Shown here one piece after another: positions 57,275-64,000 of a stretch of 64,000 bases of DNA. The notes beneath the pieces were generated by a model. That model did no database searches. It saw only the letters and a program-made list of their open reading frames with translations, and was not told the DNA's origin. The position numbers and the translations under genes were made by a program. Numbering within the stretch: position 1 is the stretch's first letter; every line of letters starts with the position of its first letter. The stretch is from a virus (taxonomy: Duplodnaviria > Heunggongvirae > Uroviricota > Caudoviricetes): IMG/VR virus record IMGVR_UViG_2721755676_000001; one strand, written 5' to 3'.

Positions 57275-58348
57275 ATGGCAAAAGGAAAATCCGCACTGGC
57301 ACTTGCTCTGAAAAAGAAAATCGGTAGCAACGACGAAATTCAGAAAGTAACTCATTGGATTGATACAGGCTTTCCACCGTTAAACAAAGCTATTTCTGGT
57401 CGTTACGATGGCGGCTTCCCATGTGGTCGTATCGTCGAAGTATTCGGTCCTCCAAGTGCAGGGAAAACGTTCCTTGCAACAGCAGCGATGATCTCCGCTC
57501 AAAAACAAGATGGTCTGGCGGTATTCCTCGATCATGAAAACAGTTTTGACGTTGGCCTGGCTGTAGCCAATGGCCTGAACGCAGATGAGGATGACGGTCA
57601 GTGGGTCTACAAACAGCCGGATACCTTCGAAGACTCCGTAGAGCTGATCGGCACAATCCTCAAGCTGGTGCGCGACGAAGAGCTTATTCCGGAAACAGCC
57701 CCTATCTGCATCGTAGCCGACTCTCTGGCGTCGATGGTTCCGAACTCGAAGGCTGAGAAGTTCGACAAGATGGCAGAAGGCACTGCGAAGGACAAAGATC
57801 AGCTGAACATGAACGACAACACGGCGCTGGCGCGCGCGACAAGTGCGAACTTCCCTACTCTGGCGCTTTGGGCGCGTAAGTACAACGCGTGCATCATCTT
57901 CTTGAACCAGGTGCGTACCAAAATTGGTGTGATGTTTGGCGATCCGACTACGTCTCCGGGTGGCGACTCTCCGAAGTTCTACGCGTCGGTGCGCATCCGT
58001 CTGGGTGCATCCGTCATGAAGGATGGCAAAGAGAAGATCGGACAGGACGTTGGCGCCGAGTGCATTAAAAACAAAGTCGCGCCTCCGTTTGGCAAATGCT
58101 CATGGAAATTCTACTTCGACCCGACTCGCGGGCTGGACGTCGTCGAGTCTCTGGTTGAATACATGCTGGAGGAAGGATACCTGCCCAAGAGCGCCAGCGG
58201 GCGTGTGGAAATTGGCGAGAAGAAATACACCAAATCACAGATCGTCGAGATGTACCGGGAGAAGCCATTAGCTGAAATCATTGCTGCGTTACAGGCAATA
58301 GATGACAGGCGCGAGAAGACATCACCGACAGATGAATTAGAAGATTAA
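57275..58348 (+). CDS. RecA-family recombinase (RecA/UvsX-like)
   Basis: Walker A GPPSAGKT, Walker B ICIVADSLAS, RecA-like FLNQVR block; AAAAGGAG RBS. Confidence 0.85.
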   Translation: MAKGKSALALALKKKIGSNDEIQKVTHWIDTGFPPLNKAISGRYDGGFPCGRIVEVFGPPSAGKTFLATAAMISAQKQDGLAVFLDHENSFDVGLAVANGLNADEDDGQWVYKQPDTFEDSVELIGTILKLVRDEELIPETAPICIVADSLASMVPNSKAEKFDKMAEGTAKDKDQLNMNDNTALARATSANFPTLALWARKYNACIIFLNQVRTKIGVMFGDPTTSPGGDSPKFYASVRIRLGASVMKDGKEKIGQDVGAECIKNKVAPPFGKCSWKFYFDPTRGLDVVESLVEYMLEEGYLPKSASGRVEIGEKKYTKSQIVEMYREKPLAEIIAALQAIDDRREKTSPTDELED

Positions 58349-58353
58349 TTTTC

Positions 58354-58378
58354 AGGCGTCCGAATGGACGCCTTTATA
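58354..58378 (+). terminator. putative terminator (AGGCGTCC-GAAT-GGACGCCT + TTATATCTT)
   Basis: 8-bp stem, weak U-tract. Confidence 0.5.
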
Positions 58379-58438
58379 TCTTGAAAATATATAAGCACTT
58401 ACTTTTCATCTACATACAATAGCCACATAGGAAAACAC

Positions 58439-58639
58439 ATGATCAAACTCTATCTGATGGCAGTGGCTACAGGTATATCTGTAGTTTTCATCTACTGTTT
58501 GCTGGTTCCGTCGCTGATCTCGGCTAAAAGCGATATTGCCGTAATGCTTGGAATCATTGTTGCTTTTGGCGCTCCTGTTATCGGCTTTAATGTTGGTCGT
58601 AACTTTCTGAAGTCACTAATTAATTCGAAGGGGAAGTAA
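58439..58639 (+). CDS. small two-TM membrane protein
   Basis: 66 aa with two hydrophobic segments; AGGAAAA RBS. Confidence 0.45.
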   Translation: MIKLYLMAVATGISVVFIYCLLVPSLISAKSDIAVMLGIIVAFGAPVIGFNVGRNFLKSLINSKGK

Positions 58640-58642
58640 GTA

Positions 58643-58834
58643 ATGAAGAAAGGTTTACTGGCAGTGATCGTGGCTGCTGTTTGCACAATGGGTCTTACAG
58701 GCTGCGATCGTGTTGAGCCTGGGTACGTTGGCATCAAAGTAAACAAATTGGGTGAAGACAAAGGTATCGGTGAAGTTGTCGGCGTTGGCCGTCAGTGGAC
58801 TGGTCTGAATACCGAGCTGTACACCTCTCTTTAA
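58643..58834 (+). CDS. small lipoprotein (short or truncated)
   Basis: Signal peptide with lipobox LTGC; only 63 aa; GGGGAAG RBS. Confidence 0.45.
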   Translation: MKKGLLAVIVAAVCTMGLTGCDRVEPGYVGIKVNKLGEDKGIGEVVGVGRQWTGLNTELYTSL

Positions 58835-58847
58835 GTCATCTTAAATG

Positions 58848-58895
58848 ACTCTGAGGTGTCTGTTAAACCTGTGGCGATTCAGTCTATTAAACCTG
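58848..58895. repeat. tandem direct repeat, 2 x 24 bp (GTCTGTTAAACCTGTGGCGATTCA / GTCTATTAAACCTGTGGCGATTCA)
   Basis: Read directly; one mismatch between units. Confidence 0.85.
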
Positions 58896-59066
58896 TGGCG
58901 ATTCACTTTATGGTGTCATAAACTTAAATCTAGCGCCGGGTAGAACAAGTTAATCGAACGATGTAGCGGCCATTTAGGCGTTACAGAAAGAACAGAATTT
59001 TAAATTTATAGTGAAGCCGTTGCAGCAACTTTGTGGGGTGCAACCAACACTGAACAGGAAAAGAAA

Positions 59067-61496
59067 ATGGATCATAGTGTACATAACAAGCTCATCTCAT
59101 TTATATGGAACATTGCCGACGACTGTTTACGTGATGTGTACGTTCGCGGTAAGTACCGCGATGTGATTTTACCTATGGTGGTATTACGACGTTTAGATAC
59201 GTTACTTGAACCCACCAAAGAAGCCGTGCTTGAAGAGGTCAAGTTCCAAAAAGAAGAGATGCAAGCCACGGAGCTTGATGATGAACCATTGAAGGCGGCT
59301 AGTGGTTATGTTTTTTACAATACATCTAAATGGACCCTGAAATCCCTGTTCAACACCGCAACGAATAACCAACAGATATTACTCGCCAACTTTGAAGAGT
59401 ACCTGCTTGGCTTTAGCGATAATGTTAAAGAAATCATTGAATGCTTTAACCTCAAGTCGCAAATTCGTCACATGGCCTCAAAGCAAGTCCTTCTTGATGT
59501 CGTCGAAAAGTTTGTTTCCCCTTACATCAACTTAACTCATGAAACGATCGAAGACCCAGATGGCAACAAGATGCCAGCCCTTACTAACCTGGGTATGGGG
59601 TACGTGTTCGAAGAGTTGATCCGTAAGTTCAACGAGGAGAATAACGAAGAAGCCGGTGAGCACTTTACACCTAGGGAAGTGATTGAGCTGATGACACACT
59701 TGGTTTTTGACCCAGTGAAAGAGCAGCTACCATTGACCATGACCGTTTACGACCCTGCGTGTGGTAGCGGTGGTATGCTCACTGAATCTCAAAACTTCAT
59801 TGAAGAGAAATACCCGAACGACAGCCGAGATATTTACCTTTACGGCAAAGAGATCAATGACGAGACCTACGCGATTTGTAAATCGGACATGATGATCAAA
59901 GGTAACAACCCTGAGAACATCAAGGTAGGCTCAACCTTGTCTACCGACGAGTTTGCGGCTTCTCGCTTTGACTTTATGTTGTCTAACCCGCCATACGGTA
60001 AGAGTTGGGCGTCTGAACAGAAGTACATTAAAGACGGCAGCGATGTGATTGACCCGCGTTTTAAGGTTAGCCTGAAAGACTATTGGGGAAATCTCGAAGT
60101 GGTGGATGCCACGCCACGTTCGAGTGATGGCCAGCTGCTTTTCTTAATGGAGATGGTCAACAAGATGAAAGATCCGAGCGTAAGTCCATTAGGCAGCCGG
60201 ATTGCCTCTGTTCATAACGGCTCATCGCTCTTTACCGGTGATGCGGGCGGTGGCGAAAGTAATATTCGTCGCTTCATCATTGAAAACGACATGCTAGATG
60301 CCATCGTTCAGTTACCTAATAACCTGTTCTATAACACTGGCATTACCACTTACATTTGGGTGTTGAACAACAATAAACCTGAGGCGCGTAAAGGTAAGGT
60401 GCAATTAATTGATGCCAGCTTGCTCTACCGTAAGTTGCGCAAGAACTTAGGTAACAAAAACTGCGAATTTGCGCCTGAGCACATCACGGAAATTACCGAT
60501 ACTTACCTCGCGTGTAAGGATGTTGAAAGAGCACTGGATGCAAACAATGATCCTGTTGGCATCGCCAGTAAGGTATTCAGCAATGACGATTTTGGCTACT
60601 ACAAAGTCACTATCGAGCGCCCAGATCGCCGCAAAGCCAAGTTTACTCAAGATGCCATAGCCCCACTGCGTTTTGATAAGCAACTTAGTGAAGTGATGGA
60701 GTACGTGTACGCAGAGCACGGCGAACGTGTTTACGAAAAAACTGGCTACGGGTCAGATCAGAAAAAGAGCTTCTTAAAATCCATCGAGAAAGACATTCTT
60801 TCTTGGTGTGAAGATAACGACATCAGTCTCAATGCTAAGGCTAAGGCCAAACTGCTTGATGTGAAACACTGGCTGGCGCTAAAAGCATTGCTTGAAACTG
60901 CACAAACGCTGATGGCTGACATCGGTAGCATTGAATTTGATGACTTCAATAGCTTTAAAACCCAAGTTGATAAATCGCTAAAAGCCCATGCTATTAAGCT
61001 TTCAGCACCTGAGAAAAATGCCATTCTTCACGCGGTGAGCTGGTATGACGAAACCGCCAAGAAAGTGGTTAAAAAGGTAGTTAAATTAACGGGTGATAAA
61101 TTAAACGACCTGCTGGAGCGCTATGAGTGTGAAGTCGCTGACTTGCCAGATTTTGGTTATTACCCCGTTCCTTCAGCAGAAGGCGGTAAAAAAGGCGAGT
61201 ATATCACTTACGAGACCAATTCAGACCTGCGAGATACAGAATCTGTTCCATTAAAGCAAAGCATTTACCAGTACTTCCTAGATGAAGTGAAGCCTCATGT
61301 CGATGAAGCATGGATAAACCTAGATACGGTAAAAATTGGCTATGAAATCAGCTTCAATAAGTATTTCTACCGTCATAAACCGCTGCGTAGTTTAGAAGAG
61401 GTTGCAACCGACATCATCAACCTAGAACAAAAAGCCGAAGGTCTCATTGCGCAGATATTGGGTGTTAAAGTGGCGGAAGCTCAGGGAGAAGCGTAA
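59067..61496 (+). CDS. hsdM: Type I restriction-modification system methyltransferase subunit (HsdM), long form
   Basis: N6-adenine methyltransferase motif IV NPPYG (MLSNPPYGKSW) and SAM-binding region DPACGSGGML; followed by HsdS; ATG 59067 with AGGAAAAG RBS. Confidence 0.85.
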   Translation: MDHSVHNKLISFIWNIADDCLRDVYVRGKYRDVILPMVVLRRLDTLLEPTKEAVLEEVKFQKEEMQATELDDEPLKAASGYVFYNTSKWTLKSLFNTATNNQQILLANFEEYLLGFSDNVKEIIECFNLKSQIRHMASKQVLLDVVEKFVSPYINLTHETIEDPDGNKMPALTNLGMGYVFEELIRKFNEENNEEAGEHFTPREVIELMTHLVFDPVKEQLPLTMTVYDPACGSGGMLTESQNFIEEKYPNDSRDIYLYGKEINDETYAICKSDMMIKGNNPENIKVGSTLSTDEFAASRFDFMLSNPPYGKSWASEQKYIKDGSDVIDPRFKVSLKDYWGNLEVVDATPRSSDGQLLFLMEMVNKMKDPSVSPLGSRIASVHNGSSLFTGDAGGGESNIRRFIIENDMLDAIVQLPNNLFYNTGITTYIWVLNNNKPEARKGKVQLIDASLLYRKLRKNLGNKNCEFAPEHITEITDTYLACKDVERALDANNDPVGIASKVFSNDDFGYYKVTIERPDRRKAKFTQDAIAPLRFDKQLSEVMEYVYAEHGERVYEKTGYGSDQKKSFLKSIEKDILSWCEDNDISLNAKAKAKLLDVKHWLALKALLETAQTLMADIGSIEFDDFNSFKTQVDKSLKAHAIKLSAPEKNAILHAVSWYDETAKKVVKKVVKLTGDKLNDLLERYECEVADLPDFGYYPVPSAEGGKKGEYITYETNSDLRDTESVPLKQSIYQYFLDEVKPHVDEAWINLDTVKIGYEISFNKYFYRHKPLRSLEEVATDIINLEQKAEGLIAQILGVKVAEAQGEA

Positions 61497-62818
61497 TGGA
61501 GCGTTTAGCATTGATGCCGAAATATGAGGATTATGTAGATTCTGGAGTTGAATGGTTAGGGGATTTACCGAGCCATTGGGACGCAGTAAAAATGAAGTTT
61601 CTTTTCAAAGATACGTCGATGAAAAACAAGCCTAACGAAACTTTATTATCTGTTACACAAAGTCAAGGTGTTGTTCCCAGAGAGTGGGTAGAAAACAGAA
61701 TGGTTATGCCATCTGGCAATCTAGAAAGCTTCAAGTTCATTGCAAAAGGTGACTTTGCTATAAGCCTTCGTTCCTTTGAAGGTGGTTTGGAGTATTGTCA
61801 TCATGATGGAATCATAAGCCCTGCTTATACGGTGTTAAAAACTAAGAAAGATTATCTACTTGCAGGATATTACAAATATTTGTTTAAAAGTCAGACTTTT
61901 ATTTCAGAGTTACAAACATCGATTGTAGGGATTCGTGAAGGAAAAAACATCAGTTATGAGGAGTTGCAATATTCACTTCTTCCTATTCCGGCTGAAGAAG
62001 AACAAACCCGTATCGCCAACTTCCTCGACAAGAAAACCGCTCTAATCGACGAAGCGATTTCGATCAAAGAGCAGCAAATTAGCCTGCTGAAAGAGCGTAA
62101 GCAGATCATCATCCAACAGGCGGTGACCCAAGGGCTTGATCCCAATGTGCCAATGAAAGACTCCGGTGTGGATTGGATTGGTAAGATTCCAGCGCATTGG
62201 GACGTTAAGAGGTTAAAATATCTTGGTAAATCGATCATTGGGTTAACTTATTCGCCAAATGATTTAAGTGATGAAAAAGGCGGAACTCTAGTTGCGCGAT
62301 CATCAAACTTATACGAAGGGAAGTTTAAGTATGGTGAAAAGGAAAATGTTTATATCAATTGCTTTATTCCTGAGCACTTAAAGCTTAAAAAAGGTGATAT
62401 TTTGATATGCTCCAGGAATGGAAGTCGAGACCTAATTGGCAAGTGTGCATTTGTATCTGACGCTGATGAGGGAAACAGCTTCGGGGCCTTTACTACGGTA
62501 TTCAGATCTAAACACAATGAGTATTTATTTTGCATTCTAAATAGTGATGTTTTCAAAATGTTATCAGGGACATTTCTTACATCAACAATTAATCAGCTTA
62601 CAGTGGGGAATCTTAATAGCATTTTTGTGCCTTTCCCCCCTTCTAAAAATGAACGAGATGGAATTATTACGTACATTAACAGATTAAATGGTGATGTTGA
62701 GCGAGCTATAGAGTATCAAAAAATAAAAATCGAAAAGCTTAAAGAATATAAAACCACCCTGATCAACAGCGCCGTGACAGGAAAAATCAAGATCACCCCA
62801 GAAATGGTTGAGCAATAG
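61496..62818 (+). CDS. hsdS: Type I restriction-modification system specificity subunit (HsdS)
   Basis: Two target-recognition-domain halves separated by conserved helical spacers (EEQTRIANFLDKKTALID and NERDGIITYINRLNGDVE); coupled to hsdM (TAATG). Confidence 0.85.
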   Translation: MERLALMPKYEDYVDSGVEWLGDLPSHWDAVKMKFLFKDTSMKNKPNETLLSVTQSQGVVPREWVENRMVMPSGNLESFKFIAKGDFAISLRSFEGGLEYCHHDGIISPAYTVLKTKKDYLLAGYYKYLFKSQTFISELQTSIVGIREGKNISYEELQYSLLPIPAEEEQTRIANFLDKKTALIDEAISIKEQQISLLKERKQIIIQQAVTQGLDPNVPMKDSGVDWIGKIPAHWDVKRLKYLGKSIIGLTYSPNDLSDEKGGTLVARSSNLYEGKFKYGEKENVYINCFIPEHLKLKKGDILICSRNGSRDLIGKCAFVSDADEGNSFGAFTTVFRSKHNEYLFCILNSDVFKMLSGTFLTSTINQLTVGNLNSIFVPFPPSKNERDGIITYINRLNGDVERAIEYQKIKIEKLKEYKTTLINSAVTGKIKITPEMVEQ

Positions 62819-62827
62819 GAAGCGAAT

Positions 62828-63991
62828 ATGTTCACGGTAAATCATCAGACCAACAGGATTAGTCCGGTTAAGACGAAGAGATTCAGTGAGTTGGGCTTTA
62901 CTGAGCGCAAAAATCTTCAGGAATGGTTGGCACACGAGCCTTCCGCACTGGGTGAAGAGCTGCTGATTATTCAAAAAGAGTTCGATGGCTTTGATGACAC
63001 CCGTGAACGCTTAGATTTACTGGCACTGGATAAAGATGGCAACTTGGTCATTATTGAAAACAAGCTGGACGACAGTGGCCGCGATGTGGTGTGGCAGGCG
63101 CTTAAATATGCCTCCTACTGCGCAAGTTTAACCAAAGCGCAAATCGTTGAAATTTACCAGCAGTACTTAGACCGCTATGAGCCTGTAACAGGAGAGGTTG
63201 ACTTGTTTAATACCCCTGCAAGTGCCTCTGCTAGAATATGTGAGTTTTTGGATGCGCCCGATCTCGATGAGTTAAAGCTCAACCTGGGTAACAGCCAGCG
63301 CATTATGTTAGTTGCGGCAAACTTTCGCAAAGAAGTGACCAGCACCGCGCTGTGGTTATTGGGTCAAGGCATTAGCATTGCCTGCTTCAAAATCACGCCT
63401 TATTCACTGGGTGAACAGCTACTGATTAATATTGACCAGATCATTCCAACGCCAGAAGCGAAAGAGTTGATGATCGGCATTAATGCCAAGGAAGCGGAAG
63501 AAAAAACCACCGAAGTGGTACTAAAAAACCGCCATACCGTGCGTCGCGAGTACTGGGAGCGTGCCTTAGAGGCGTTTCAGAAAAGCTCTTGCCAACTCTA
63601 TAACAACATTAGCCCAAGCAAAGATCATTGGTTATCAGCAGGCTCAGGGCTAAGTGGATGTCCGTATAACCTGATATTTCTGCAAAAAGAGCTTCGAGTA
63701 GAGCTTTGGATCAGCCGTGGGGTTACCGAAGAGAATAAATACCTTTTTGATTTGTTGAGTCAGTCCAAACAAGACATTGAGCATACTTTTGGTGCAGAAC
63801 TTGAGTGGATGAGGCTGGATGAGAAGAAATCTTGCCGTATCCAGTTTTCGACCAAAGCTGACGGGTTTAACAAAGAGACTTGGCCCCAAGCGGTTGCGTG
63901 GCACTTAGAGCAGATGACAAAGTTAGAAAAAGCCTTAAAAGGACCGCTGCAAAAAGCGGCTGAGGCAATGAAACAGAAGAATTTTGATTAA
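62828..63991 (+). CDS. hypothetical protein with PD-(D/E)xK nuclease-like N-terminal motif, embedded in R-M locus
   Basis: Motif LDLLALDKDGNLVIIENK resembles D...E-x-K restriction-endonuclease-fold signature; AGGAAG RBS; sits where accessory genes often lie between hsdS and hsdR. Confidence 0.45.
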   Translation: MFTVNHQTNRISPVKTKRFSELGFTERKNLQEWLAHEPSALGEELLIIQKEFDGFDDTRERLDLLALDKDGNLVIIENKLDDSGRDVVWQALKYASYCASLTKAQIVEIYQQYLDRYEPVTGEVDLFNTPASASARICEFLDAPDLDELKLNLGNSQRIMLVAANFRKEVTSTALWLLGQGISIACFKITPYSLGEQLLINIDQIIPTPEAKELMIGINAKEAEEKTTEVVLKNRHTVRREYWERALEAFQKSSCQLYNNISPSKDHWLSAGSGLSGCPYNLIFLQKELRVELWISRGVTEENKYLFDLLSQSKQDIEHTFGAELEWMRLDEKKSCRIQFSTKADGFNKETWPQAVAWHLEQMTKLEKALKGPLQKAAEAMKQKNFD

Positions 63992-64000
63992 GGGAACTTA

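Noticed and set aside
58848-58895. Possible CRISPR array at the tandem 24-bp repeats
   Set aside because: Only two directly adjacent units with no spacers and no cas genes nearby; this is a simple tandem duplication, not a CRISPR array.
1-64000. Insertion sequences, transposases or rRNA genes
   Set aside because: No ORF with a recognisable transposase motif flanked by terminal inverted repeats, and no rRNA-like sequence seen; the only long inverted repeats are the palindromic elements reported above.

Overview
Most of the window (about 1-58.8 kb) is one contiguous, almost entirely plus-strand, tailed-phage-like genome segment; the last 5 kb (59.0-64.0 kb) is a more AT-rich Type I restriction-modification locus. 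All calls rest on motifs, synteny and gene organisation read by eye; no database search or computation was run. Phage gene order: small/large terminase, portal, scaffold, major capsid, Ig-like protein, then a lambda-type tail module (V-like major tail protein, G/GT chaperones with a probable -1 frameshift, tape measure, M-L-K-I-J homologues, Stf-like side tail fibre). After that come AT-rich cargo genes including a Cor-like lipoprotein, a lysis cassette with overlapped spanins, a ParA-like partition pair, a lone minus-strand GIY-YIG endonuclease, and a full replication/recombination set (DnaB-like helicase, primase, ATP-dependent ligase, CobT/CobS-like pair, DnaE-type polymerase, SSB, 5'-3' exonuclease, RecA-like recombinase). 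A cluster of four tRNAs (Asn, Tyr, Thr, Ser), glutaredoxin, a tyrosine recombinase and an XRE-type repressor complete it. The most unusual non-coding signals are a recurrent TAAGTAAGTA-type motif at more than 15 gene junctions, two near-identical 53-55 bp palindromic elements 33 kb apart, a structured 0.75 kb non-coding region upstream of the tRNAs, and a tandem 24-bp repeat at the junction with the R-M locus. Candidate accessory or defence loci are flagged in the findings, but none can be assigned to a named system from sequence alone.
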